The notes under the pieces were generated by a model. That model did no database searches, had not been told where the DNA came from, and worked only from the letters and a program-made list of their open reading frames with translations. Shown piece by piece: positions 25,314 through 35,081 of a stretch of DNA of 64,000 nucleotides. The stretch is from a candidate division FCPU426 bacterium (GTDB lineage: Bacteria; Oederibacteriota; PGYV01; Palsa-1178). The position numbers were made by a program, and so were the translations under genes. Each line of letters starts with the position of its first letter. Position 1 is the first letter of the stretch. The stretch is from positions 1 to 64,000 of the forward strand of contig CAWIXE010000002.1 in assembly GCA_963840035.1 (NCBI GenBank). Direction: 5' to 3'.

Positions 25314-27710
25314 ATGCAAAAAGTAATGGATGAATCCAACGAGTCCAGTATAGTCAAAAACATCCTGGATGACATAAATTTCCGCTGGTGGATGATTTCC
25401 CTGGCCATGCCGCTTTGTTCGGCGTATATCCTCATGAATAAAGGCTTAAGCCTTATGCCTTTGATTATCCTTTTTGTATTTTCCATAGCTTTAAACGGCG
25501 CGTTTTTATATCTTGTCAAAAATCAGATAAAATTCTACAGGGAAATATTTGTCGCGGAGGCTGTGACGGATATCCTGATTATTACCGTAGCAACCGCCCT
25601 GACAGGCGGCATGAAAAGCCCGCTTTATCTCGTATATTTCTTCATGCTTATAGACGGTTGCTTTGACTTCTGGTACGGCAAACGATTTTATTTTTTTATG
25701 GGCGGTTCTATTTTCGCGTACCTTATGCTTTACCTTTCCCTGAATTCATGGGGATTTGCCGGGCCCGACCTGTTTTCCTTTGTTGTAAGGGTTATCTTTA
25801 TGGGCGCCATTGGAATGATGGTGCATGGGCTTTCCGGGGAAATAAGGGAGCATGATGCGCTTGGCAAAGTAGCGGAGACGGAAAAAGAGAAATTGTACGC
25901 CGATGTAAAGATGGCAAATACAAGGCTCGAAGATTCCATAAGAAAAGCCACTGAAAACCTTGAAAAAACCAACCTGATGCTTGTTAAGAAAAATATCAGC
26001 CTTCTCGCGGCGCATGAGATTTATAAGACTGCCAACGAGACAAAAGACAAAAGGGAACTGCTTGAAATGATACTTGGCATTATAGTCCCGCTTATGAAGG
26101 GCCATGGCGGGGTAATATTTTCAACGAATGATGTTAAAAACAGGCTCAAAGTAGAAAGCATGAAAAAACTGGACTGGAATCCCGATTTTCAGCCGGGTCA
26201 GGAAATGGAAATACTTCCTGATTCCGAGCTCTACGGCGCAATGGTAAGGCGGCATGCCATGCTCTTTGAGAGCATAGAGGAAATGAAGGATATTTTTATG
26301 GCAACCAAGATAGTAAAAGGTTCATGCATTGTGGCGCCTTTAATTACCAGCGGGGAAGTCGGCGGAATAATAGTGGTTTTCAACAAAAGCCCGTATTTAT
26401 ACAACAAAACCGACGCTGAGCTGCTGGAGCTTTTAGGAGAGCAGATAGGAACGCTTATATACAGCAGGGCGCTTTATGATGAGATGAAGATAAAGGCCGC
26501 GGGCATGGAAAAACTTATCAAGGTAACAATAAGCATAGAGTCTACGCTTAACATTGACGAGATCATAAGCACGGCGCTGGTGGAGTCCATTAAAAAGCTG
26601 TTCCCATATTCCGGCGGAATAATCACAATGCTTGACGAATCAAACGACCTGAAGATCCGCGCCCAATACGGATATAAAGGCCGCCTGCTTGAGAAGTCGA
26701 TCCCGTCTGACTCAATAATGGGATGGGTGTTTAAGAACAATAAAGGCCTGATAATAAAAGAAGCTGAGAAGCTTAAGTTCTATAATAAAGAGATAGATTC
26801 CCTGTATTTCAGGGGCAATTCCATAATAGCGCCTATTTTGAGCAAAGGCAAAGTTGCCGGCACTATTTTTCTTTCGCGCGCGGAGACGTTTACGCGCGAA
26901 GACCTTTACCTGCTTACCATTCTTGCCACGCACGTGGGAAGCACCATTGAGATGGCGCATGTGTATGAAGGCGTGCAGAAGGACTACATAAATACGGTTT
27001 ACGCGCTGGCTGCCGCCGTTGACGCCAAAGACCATTACACCCACGGCCATTCCACCACCGTTATGAAATACTCGATGAAAATAGCCGAAGCCATGGGGCT
27101 CACGGATGATGAGGCTGAGACCATTAAGTACGCGGGGCTGCTGCATGACATAGGAAAAATCGGAATCAGTGAAAACATAATAAACAAACCCGGAAAATTA
27201 ACAAATGAGGAATACACCATAATAAAGATGCATCCGCAGCTCGGCGCCAATATTATTTCAAAGATCGATTCGCTGAAAAAACTCGTGCCGCTGGTACTGT
27301 CACACCATGAATGGTTCAATGGTTCCGGTTATCCGCTCGGCCTGCGCGGGGACGAGATAATGCTCGGGGCCAGGATAATAGCCGTGGCTGACGCCTATTC
27401 CACCATGACCTCAAAAAGGCCGTACCGTGACGAACGTTCCATGGATTATGCCGTAAAGGAAATGCAGAAATGTTCCGGCCAGCAGTTCGATCCTAAAGTC
27501 GTAAACGCTTTTCTTAAGGTTTTAAATGACGAGGAAGCTGATGAGAAAAAGGCGCTTGCGGAGAAGGCAAAACTTGAAGACGCCGGAAAAAGCCCGATGC
27601 AGGCCATATCAGAGGATGTGCCTGAAAAAATAAAAAAGCGTATCCGTGTAAAACTGGATAATGATAAAGATAAAGACGGTTTTGAAAAAGACGAGGAGTT
27701 TTATTCATAA
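25314..27710 (+). CDS. Membrane-anchored GAF-GAF-HD-GYP protein (putative cyclic-di-GMP phosphodiesterase)
   Basis: About 5 N-terminal TM helices, a coiled coil, two GAF-like segments, and AKDHYTHGHS..LLHDIGKIG..HHEWFNGSGYP..RIIAVAD motifs. Confidence 0.9.
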   Translation: MQKVMDESNESSIVKNILDDINFRWWMISLAMPLCSAYILMNKGLSLMPLIILFVFSIALNGAFLYLVKNQIKFYREIFVAEAVTDILIITVATALTGGMKSPLYLVYFFMLIDGCFDFWYGKRFYFFMGGSIFAYLMLYLSLNSWGFAGPDLFSFVVRVIFMGAIGMMVHGLSGEIREHDALGKVAETEKEKLYADVKMANTRLEDSIRKATENLEKTNLMLVKKNISLLAAHEIYKTANETKDKRELLEMILGIIVPLMKGHGGVIFSTNDVKNRLKVESMKKLDWNPDFQPGQEMEILPDSELYGAMVRRHAMLFESIEEMKDIFMATKIVKGSCIVAPLITSGEVGGIIVVFNKSPYLYNKTDAELLELLGEQIGTLIYSRALYDEMKIKAAGMEKLIKVTISIESTLNIDEIISTALVESIKKLFPYSGGIITMLDESNDLKIRAQYGYKGRLLEKSIPSDSIMGWVFKNNKGLIIKEAEKLKFYNKEIDSLYFRGNSIIAPILSKGKVAGTIFLSRAETFTREDLYLLTILATHVGSTIEMAHVYEGVQKDYINTVYALAAAVDAKDHYTHGHSTTVMKYSMKIAEAMGLTDDEAETIKYAGLLHDIGKIGISENIINKPGKLTNEEYTIIKMHPQLGANIISKIDSLKKLVPLVLSHHEWFNGSGYPLGLRGDEIMLGARIIAVADAYSTMTSKRPYRDERSMDYAVKEMQKCSGQQFDPKVVNAFLKVLNDEEADEKKALAEKAKLEDAGKSPMQAISEDVPEKIKKRIRVKLDNDKDKDGFEKDEEFYS

Positions 27711-27797
27711 AAGTCCGTGAGTTGTGGGTGGTGAACAGAGGGTGGTAATAAAAAACAAACAGGGTAATGCCTGTTTTTTGTTTTTAAGGGGGATAAA

Positions 27798-28184
27798 ATG
27801 GCTGAAAATACCGACCAACAGCAGGAACTTGAAAAGGCGTATGGAAGTACAGCAAAGAAAATTCTTACTGGCGTGCCGAGGGAAAATTGTATCAGATATT
27901 TCATAAAAAAAGGCGTTCCCCCCGAATATGCCGAGGATTTTGTTGATAAAGTTATTAAAGACACCGAAAACTTCAAAAAATCCCCCGGGTACAGAAAATA
28001 CCTTATAAATACGGCTAATCAGAGGCTGATTACAGGCTCGGTATGGCTTATTATGGCCGTAGTTGTAAGTCTGATATCGGTTACCGCTGCGGCGGCAGGT
28101 TTTTCCATGGCAATGTTTGTTTTTGGACTTGCTTTTCTTTTATTTGGGCTGTATTCCTGGATAATGATATTCAGAAAAAAATAG
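27798..28184 (+). CDS. Hypothetical protein with two C-terminal TM helices
   Basis: 128-aa ORF with AGGGG RBS and a hydrophobic C-terminus. Confidence 0.7.
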   Translation: MAENTDQQQELEKAYGSTAKKILTGVPRENCIRYFIKKGVPPEYAEDFVDKVIKDTENFKKSPGYRKYLINTANQRLITGSVWLIMAVVVSLISVTAAAAGFSMAMFVFGLAFLLFGLYSWIMIFRKK

Positions 28185-28334
28185 TTTTTCCGGGATATTT
28201 CACCGCGAGATTGTCCCCTGTGTAATTCAAATTCAGAATTGTGTTATTGATTATTTTGTGATATTATTGACAATTACCAGGAAAGACGGGGCTTGTTTAG
28301 ACCGCGCTCTTACAATGAAAAACAGGAGAAAAAC

Positions 28335-29210
28335 ATGATACTAAAATTAGGTTTACCAAAAGGCAGCCTTCAGGAATCAACTTTTAACATCTTTAAAAAA
28401 GCGGGGTTTACCATCAATGCCTCTTCACGCAGTTATTATCCGGGTGTTGATGACCCGGAAATCGCGATAACGCTTGTACGCGCGCAGGAAATGGCGCGCT
28501 ACGTCGCGGAGGGCGTATTTGATGCGGGACTGACCGGGTATGACTGGACCGTTGACAGCGGCGAAAAAGTAAAAATTGTGGATAAACTTGTTTACGGCAA
28601 GGTGGGCTTAAGGCCTGTGCGCTGGGTGCTTGCGGTGCCTGAGGATTCAAAAATAAGGACGGTAAAGGACCTTCAGGGTAAAAGAATATCAACGGAACTT
28701 GTCAACACAACAAAAAACTACCTGAAAAAACACGGCGTGACTGCGGATGTCGGGTTCTCATGGGGCGCGACCGAAGCGAAACCTCCGTATCTCGCGGACG
28801 CCATAGTGGAGCTTACCGAAACCGGTTCGTCCCTGCGCGCGAACAAGCTCCGTATTGTCGAAACGCTGCTTGAATCCACCACGGTTATGATAGCGAACGA
28901 AAAGTCGATCAAGGACAAATGGAAGGCCCAGAAGCTCTCAAATATCATGATGCTTTTAAAAGGCGCGTTAAATGCCGAAGAAAAAGTCGGATTAAAGCTG
29001 AACGTGCATAAAAAGAACCTAAACGCCATAATGAAGATCCTGCCGGCCCTTAAAAGGCCGACAGTGTCATACCTGCTCGGCGAGGAAAAGACATGGATGG
29101 CAATTGAAGTGGTGATAGACGAGAAAAAGGTAAGGGAACTTATACCGCAGCTCAAGGAAAAAGGCGCTGCGGATATAATTGAGTATCCGCTGAACAAAGT
29201 GATATATTAA
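28335..29210 (+). CDS. hisG: ATP phosphoribosyltransferase (long form)
   Basis: [53 protein letters not shown] before ATG 28335. Confidence 0.96.
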   Translation: MILKLGLPKGSLQESTFNIFKKAGFTINASSRSYYPGVDDPEIAITLVRAQEMARYVAEGVFDAGLTGYDWTVDSGEKVKIVDKLVYGKVGLRPVRWVLAVPEDSKIRTVKDLQGKRISTELVNTTKNYLKKHGVTADVGFSWGATEAKPPYLADAIVELTETGSSLRANKLRIVETLLESTTVMIANEKSIKDKWKAQKLSNIMMLLKGALNAEEKVGLKLNVHKKNLNAIMKILPALKRPTVSYLLGEEKTWMAIEVVIDEKKVRELIPQLKEKGAADIIEYPLNKVIY

Positions 29211-29250
29211 TTCTAGATTCGGGATTCTGAATTCTGAATTGAAGGGCTTA

Positions 29251-29673
29251 ATGAAAAAAAACATTGTTATTATGCTGTTTCTTATTTTTTCCGCCGGTTT
29301 GTTTGCCGAAGAGGCTGACATGTGGACAATGACTGACGATACTGTTTACTATAAGTCTGTAACCACTTCCGCTGACTTTAATTACAGGGAAGCCTATAAG
29401 CCGATAAGTTTTTCAGCGTCAGACCTTTTTCAGGATATAAAAGTCAGCGCTGTTGAGTCCGTACCTTTCGCGTTCCTTTATACTTTCGCCGGTTTGTGGG
29501 TGTCAAAAGCCATGCAGCAGGAAAGGTGGGACCCAAACCTGGGAAAAATTGACGACGAGGATAACAAAAGAGTCCTGATAATATCCCTTTCAGCTTTTGC
29601 CATAGTAAATGTGGCTGTAAATACGCTGGCATACTATGATTATGATAAGAAAAAGAAGGTGGAAGGAAAGTGA
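29251..29673 (+). CDS. Hypothetical exported/membrane protein
   Basis: Signal peptide MKKNIVIMLFLIFSAGLFA and two hydrophobic segments; overlaps the pgi start. Confidence 0.65.
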   Translation: MKKNIVIMLFLIFSAGLFAEEADMWTMTDDTVYYKSVTTSADFNYREAYKPISFSASDLFQDIKVSAVESVPFAFLYTFAGLWVSKAMQQERWDPNLGKIDDEDNKRVLIISLSAFAIVNVAVNTLAYYDYDKKKKVEGK

Positions 29674-31073
29674 AGAAGCATAAACTGCTGATTAATTTCA
29701 ATAATATGATGCCGCACAGGATAGGCAAAGAGGGAATTTCGCCCGCTGACATAAATTCATACAAAAACCGCATAAAAAACTGCCACAAATCACTCAAACA
29801 AAAAAGGGAAGACGGCCAGGTCGGTTTTATGTACCTGCCCTATGATGTGAAAATGCGCGACGAAGTAAAGAAAGTTGCGGAAGCCATAAAGGACAAATTT
29901 GAAAATTTTGTGGTACTGGGAATCGGCGGTTCCGCGCTTGGGACGCAGGCGCTTTGCAGGGCCCTGAAACACCCTTTTTATAACATGTTGCCGGGCGAAA
30001 AACGCAAGGCCCCAAAAATATATGTGATGGATAATGCCGATCCTGAGACGTGCATGGGCCTGTTTGACGTCATAGACATTAAAAAAACGCTTGTTAACGT
30101 CGTCTCAAAATCAGGAAACACGGCGGAAACCATAGCCTGGATGAAGGTCCTTTGGCAGAAGATGGAAAATAAGCTCGGCAAAGGAAAGCTAAAAGACCAT
30201 GTGGTAATCACCACAGACAGGGAAAAAGGGGCGCTTCGCAGACTTGTAAACAAACATGGTTTCATATCGTTTTTTGTGCCGGAAAACGTGGGCGGAAGGT
30301 TCTCTGTATTCTCGCCGGCAGGACTTCTCCCGCTGGCTTCAATCGGAGTGAACATTGACGAGCTTTTAAAAGGCGCGGCGTACATGGATACGCTCACCTC
30401 AAATGAGAATATATGGAAAAACCCGGCATATATGTCGGCTTTGCTTCACTACATATCCTGTGTAAAATATAAAAGGAACATAACGGTCATAATGCCATAT
30501 TCAAACGCCTTAAAGGAAGTGGCGGACTGGTTTGCCCAGCTGTGGTCTGAGTCGCTTGCAAAAAAATTTTCAACTGACGGTAAAGCTGTAAATACCGGGT
30601 TGACGCCGGTTAAGGCGCTCGGAGCCACTGACCAGCATTCGCAGAGTCAGCTTTATATGGAAGGCCCTTGTGACAAGGTTATTACTTTCATTAAAACGGA
30701 AAATTTCAGGGAAGATGTTGTTATGCCTTCAAATTTTAATGATGATGAAGCATCCTCATATCTGAGCGGAAAGAAAATGTCCAAGCTGCTCAACATGGAA
30801 CAAAAAGCGGTTGAAATGGCCCTTGCAAAAAACAGCAGGGCCAGCATGACCATAACGCTCCCTGAAATATCAGAGTTTACAATGGGACAGCTTATTTACT
30901 TTATGGAAGTTCAGACGGCTTTCATGGCAGAACTTCTGAATATAAATGCCTTTGACCAGCCGGGCGTGGAACTGGTAAAAAATACGGCAAACGCGCTGAT
31001 GGGAAGAAAAGGCAGCGCGGACATATTAAAGCAGGTTTCAACGGGCAAAGATAAGGCAAAATTTATTATATAA
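29670..31073 (+). CDS. pgi: Glucose-6-phosphate isomerase
   Basis: VLGIGGSALG, SKSGNTAET, VGGRFSV, QLWSESL, DQHSQ, NAFDQPGVE motifs. Confidence 0.96.
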   Translation: MKKHKLLINFNNMMPHRIGKEGISPADINSYKNRIKNCHKSLKQKREDGQVGFMYLPYDVKMRDEVKKVAEAIKDKFENFVVLGIGGSALGTQALCRALKHPFYNMLPGEKRKAPKIYVMDNADPETCMGLFDVIDIKKTLVNVVSKSGNTAETIAWMKVLWQKMENKLGKGKLKDHVVITTDREKGALRRLVNKHGFISFFVPENVGGRFSVFSPAGLLPLASIGVNIDELLKGAAYMDTLTSNENIWKNPAYMSALLHYISCVKYKRNITVIMPYSNALKEVADWFAQLWSESLAKKFSTDGKAVNTGLTPVKALGATDQHSQSQLYMEGPCDKVITFIKTENFREDVVMPSNFNDDEASSYLSGKKMSKLLNMEQKAVEMALAKNSRASMTITLPEISEFTMGQLIYFMEVQTAFMAELLNINAFDQPGVELVKNTANALMGRKGSADILKQVSTGKDKAKFII

Positions 31074-31118
31074 AGTCCCGGAGTATAAACGTAATACGGG
31101 CTAAAAAAAGGAGAACGC

Positions 31119-32402
31119 ATGGCGGACATTAAACCGTTCAGAAATTTGGGCTTTAATCAGGAGAAAGTTGATATTAAAAAGGTAATAATGCCGCCGTATG
31201 ACATTATAAAGGATAAGGATGTTGACGGTTATTATCAAAAGGATCCTCATAATATAATCAGGATTGACAAGGGGCTTGAAGGACTTGGCGATACCACGGG
31301 TAATAATAAATACACGCGCGCCGCGGACATCATGGACGACTGGATCAGGGATAATATACTTGTGACCGATAAAAATGATTCGTTTTATGTTTACACACAG
31401 GAATACAAGCTCCCTGACGGGCGGAAAAAAGAAATGACCAGTTTCTTTGCCGCTGTAAAAATTGAGGAGTTTGATAAAAGGATAATACTCCCGCATGAAA
31501 AGACGCATTCCGGCCCTAAAGTAGACAGGCTTGAGCTCATGAGGGCTACGCACGCCAATACAAGCCCGATTTTATCCATGTATTATGACAAGGAAAAAAA
31601 GGTGCATAACCTGCTTAAAGCGGTTATGAAAAAATCAAAGCCGTTTATATCATCCGCCAATGACGCGGGCAATAAGTTTAAAATGTGGCGCGTTGATGAA
31701 ACCGGGGATGTAAAAAAACTGCAGTCTTTTTTCAGCAAGAAACAGCTCTTTATAGCCGACGGACACCACAGGTATGAGACGGCGATGAATTACAGGAATG
31801 AAATGAGGGAAAAGCTTGGCGCAAAAGAAACACCGTATGACAGGATCCTGATGTGCCTGATATCGATGGAACATTCCGGAATATCAATACTCCCAACGCA
31901 CAGAATTTTTAAGGATTTTATGGATTTTGACCCTGAGGGCATGGAGTTTAAAAAGTATTTCACCGTAAAAAAACTTAAGAATACCGGCTCCCTTAAGAAG
32001 TTAATGATGAAGGAAACGGCCAAAAAAATCATTGGAATTGTTGTAAATAAAAAGGCGTATATTCTTGAATTAAAGCCGGCCGAGTACAAGAAGGCGCTTA
32101 AAAAAAAGGAACACATACTCGGATATTACATGCTCAGCGTGTCGATACTTCATACCCTTATTTTCGGGATAATTCTAAAGCTTCAGGAAAAAGACATGCT
32201 TTCAAAGATTATTTACACGCAGGACATGGATGAAGCCATTAATAGCGTTATAAAAGAAGGACATAAGGTTACTTTTATGGTCCAGCCGTCCACGGTCGCT
32301 GAAGTGAAAGAAATATCGCTTAACAAGGAAGTTATGCCGCAGAAAAGCACATACTTCCTGCCAAAATTAATAACGGGACTTTTAATCAATAAGATGAAGT
32401 AG
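31119..32402 (+). CDS. DUF1015 family protein
   Basis: MADIKPF, PPYD, ILPHEKT, FIADGHHRYETA, MPQKSTYFLPK motifs. Confidence 0.9.
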   Translation: MADIKPFRNLGFNQEKVDIKKVIMPPYDIIKDKDVDGYYQKDPHNIIRIDKGLEGLGDTTGNNKYTRAADIMDDWIRDNILVTDKNDSFYVYTQEYKLPDGRKKEMTSFFAAVKIEEFDKRIILPHEKTHSGPKVDRLELMRATHANTSPILSMYYDKEKKVHNLLKAVMKKSKPFISSANDAGNKFKMWRVDETGDVKKLQSFFSKKQLFIADGHHRYETAMNYRNEMREKLGAKETPYDRILMCLISMEHSGISILPTHRIFKDFMDFDPEGMEFKKYFTVKKLKNTGSLKKLMMKETAKKIIGIVVNKKAYILELKPAEYKKALKKKEHILGYYMLSVSILHTLIFGIILKLQEKDMLSKIIYTQDMDEAINSVIKEGHKVTFMVQPSTVAEVKEISLNKEVMPQKSTYFLPKLITGLLINKMK

Positions 32403-32489
32403 CAAGTTCAATAGCCCAAAGCTCAAAGCCCAAGGGTCAACATTGAGCCTTGAACATTTGACCCTTTGACACATCTCATAAGGAGTAAT

Positions 32490-33806
32490 ATGGACCTATT
32501 TAATGATGACCCTGCCCCTGCAAAAATAGATATGGCTAAACAGCCGCTTGCCTACAGGATGCGCCCCCAGTCACTTGAAGAGTTTGCGGGGCAGGAGCAG
32601 GCTGTAGGCGAAAAAGGGTTCCTTCGGGGCATGCTTGACAGCGGAAAAATACCGTCCATAATATTCTGGGGCCCTCCCGGAACCGGCAAAACCACGCTGG
32701 CTATGATAATCGCCGGCCATATTAAAGCTGAGTTCATTTCCTTATCAGCGGTCTCAAGCGGGATCAAGGAAGTAAAGGCGGTGGTTGAGGACGCCAAGCA
32801 GAACCTGCGTATGGGAAAGAAAACAATACTTTTTATAGATGAAATACACCGTTTTAATAAATCACAGCAGGACGCGTTCCTGCCGCATGTGGAAAACGGG
32901 ACCATCATTCTTATAGGCGCCACGACTGAGAACCCTTCTTTTGAGGTAAATTCCGCTCTTTTGTCGAGGACCAGGGTTATAACATTGAAAGCCCTGGAAT
33001 TTAAGGATATAAAAAAAATAACCCTGAACGCCCTGTCGGATAAGGCCCGCGGTCTGGGTAAAAGGACAATAGGCATAACGGACGAGGCCATAGGCGTTAT
33101 CGAGGCTGTATCAAACGGTGACGCAAGGACGGCCCTGAATATCCTTGAGGTCGTGGACGCGCTTAAAGAAGGCGACAGCGTGACAATCACTCCTGAGGAT
33201 GTAAAACGGGCGGCAGACAAGAAGACTTTTTTATACGACAAGGCCGGGGAAGAACATTATAATATAATATCAGCCCTTCATAAATCCATGAGGGATTCTG
33301 ACCCGGACGCGGCCGTGTACTGGATGGAACGTATGCTTGAAGCCGGAGAGGACCCGTTATATGTCATCCGCAGGGTTATCAGGTTTGCAAGCGAGGATGT
33401 GGGCAACGCGGACCCCATGGCCCTGGTTATGGCGAACGCGGCAAAGGATGCGTACCATTTTTTAGGCTCTCCTGAAGGCGAGCTGGCCATAGCGCAGGCT
33501 GTCATATACATCGCGTGCGCCCCGAAAAGCAACGCTGTTTACGCGGCGTATTCGAACGCCGGCGATGACGTAAAGACCACAAAGGACGACCCGGTGCCGC
33601 TTAACATCAGGAACGCGCCGACCGGACTCATGAAGGACCTGGGTTACGGGAAAGGATACAAATATGCACATGATTTTGAAGGCCATTTTGTAAAGCAGCA
33701 GCATTTGCCGGACAGGATAAAGGATAAGCTGTATTATTTTCCGTCGGAAAATGGGGCGGAAAAAAACATAAAAGAGAGGCTTGAACAATGGCGAAAAAAA
33801 ACCTGA
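32490..33806 (+). CDS. rarA: Replication-associated recombination protein A (RarA/MgsA AAA+ ATPase)
   Basis: PLAYRMRP, WGPPGTGKTT, FIDEIHRFNKSQQD, GATTENPSF, ISALHKSMRDSDPD. Confidence 0.96.
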   Translation: MDLFNDDPAPAKIDMAKQPLAYRMRPQSLEEFAGQEQAVGEKGFLRGMLDSGKIPSIIFWGPPGTGKTTLAMIIAGHIKAEFISLSAVSSGIKEVKAVVEDAKQNLRMGKKTILFIDEIHRFNKSQQDAFLPHVENGTIILIGATTENPSFEVNSALLSRTRVITLKALEFKDIKKITLNALSDKARGLGKRTIGITDEAIGVIEAVSNGDARTALNILEVVDALKEGDSVTITPEDVKRAADKKTFLYDKAGEEHYNIISALHKSMRDSDPDAAVYWMERMLEAGEDPLYVIRRVIRFASEDVGNADPMALVMANAAKDAYHFLGSPEGELAIAQAVIYIACAPKSNAVYAAYSNAGDDVKTTKDDPVPLNIRNAPTGLMKDLGYGKGYKYAHDFEGHFVKQQHLPDRIKDKLYYFPSENGAEKNIKERLEQWRKKT

Positions 33807-34915
33807 TATTACTGGCCCTTATCATTAACGCCTGCGTTTGTTTTGGGCAGATAGAGCTGCCCGCCACTGCCGAGTCCATCACTGCAACCGCAATGGCGGA
33901 TGACGCGGATATCCTTAATATAAACGTAAAGGAACTGCATCTGAACATAACGCCGTCATTTAAGCTTGTGCTCCCGGACACGAGCGTCAAACTTGGGTTA
34001 AGGCAGAAACTCGGCGACACAACGCTTGAAGGAATGACCGAATACAATTATATTTACAATAAGATAAAGTATATGCTCAAATACGGGCTTGAACTTTTCA
34101 TGCCGATGTCGGTAAGCATATATGACAATGTGGATTTCGAGCAGCTCTATCAGGATAAGAAATATATACAGAGGACCAAAGGCATAGGCGCAGCCATATC
34201 CTCGCCGCTGCTGCTCGGAGGGATAACGCTTTCCCAGGAATTAAAAAACGAGACTTATTACATAGCAAATCTTAAGGATGTCCTGGACACAAGCGACGGA
34301 GTCGCCACTGTAATTAATTCAAAAATTGACATTACGACCAAATCCGTTTTGCCCGGAAAAGACAGCGATGCAAAATATGCGGATTGGCAGTTTGACTTTA
34401 ACCTGGAAAAGGCGATACCCCATAAGTATTCACCGATAAACTACATGTTCCTGGATATGGCAATCGTAAAGACTATAAAATTCGACAAATTTACCGTCCT
34501 TGATTTCCGTACGGAGTCAGGTTATCTTTTCCTGCACGGCCACCTGCCGCTATGGAAACTTTATAAATTAGGCGGGTATGACAGGTTAATTGGTTATGAA
34601 TTTGACAAACTTCAGGGGTATTATAAGAATTTTGCCAGGGTTAAATATGAGGCAAACCCTTTCGGAGACCTTGGATGGGAACTTGGATGGCTGAAATTTG
34701 ACAGAATCCGGCCTTTTATGGTGGCTGATTTTGGCTGCGCCGGGGACATTTGGACGGTGCAGGCGATCAAAAACTACCGGGGCGGGCTTGGCGCCGGGGT
34801 GGTTTTGGACATAACATTCAGGAAAAGGACGCCGATTAAGATAACCCTTGCCATAGGGCAGGCCCTGGAAGCAGGCTATGCTCCGGTATTCTACTTTGTG
34901 CATGAGTTGCTGTAA
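33788..34915 (+). CDS. Putative outer-membrane beta-barrel (Omp85/ShlB-like C-terminal half)
   Basis: Signal peptide, alternating hydrophobic strands, YKLGGYDRLIGY resembling the LGG...VRGY motif, PFMVADFG, GLGAGV. Confidence 0.55.
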   Translation: MAKKNLILLALIINACVCFGQIELPATAESITATAMADDADILNINVKELHLNITPSFKLVLPDTSVKLGLRQKLGDTTLEGMTEYNYIYNKIKYMLKYGLELFMPMSVSIYDNVDFEQLYQDKKYIQRTKGIGAAISSPLLLGGITLSQELKNETYYIANLKDVLDTSDGVATVINSKIDITTKSVLPGKDSDAKYADWQFDFNLEKAIPHKYSPINYMFLDMAIVKTIKFDKFTVLDFRTESGYLFLHGHLPLWKLYKLGGYDRLIGYEFDKLQGYYKNFARVKYEANPFGDLGWELGWLKFDRIRPFMVADFGCAGDIWTVQAIKNYRGGLGAGVVLDITFRKRTPIKITLAIGQALEAGYAPVFYFVHELL

Positions 34916-35039
34916 AAGCAGCTATATTAATAAGTATTGAACAGTTTACCGCAAAAATAGTTTTTATAACTATGTTCTGGCAGCAGGCATAATATGCGCC
35001 TGTGTTTTTAGGGCTAAAGAATACGCCGAAAAAACCGAT

Positions 35040-35060
35040 AGTATACATAAGTTGTATACT
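35040..35060. promoter_or_regulatory. Palindrome AGTATACA-N5-TGTATACT, candidate operator
   Basis: Perfect 8-bp inverted repeat about 20 bp upstream of ATG 35082. Confidence 0.4.
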
Positions 35061-35081
35061 GTCCAGTTTAAAGGTGGAAAT

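Noticed and set aside
27724..27906. 60-aa + strand ORF
   Set aside because: It overlaps the better-supported 27798 ORF in another frame.
28224..29244. hisG as a cassette flanked by inverted heptamer arms (AATTCAAATTCAGAATT upstream, ATTCTGA array downstream)
   Set aside because: The upstream match is only about two units in AT-rich DNA, too weak to support.
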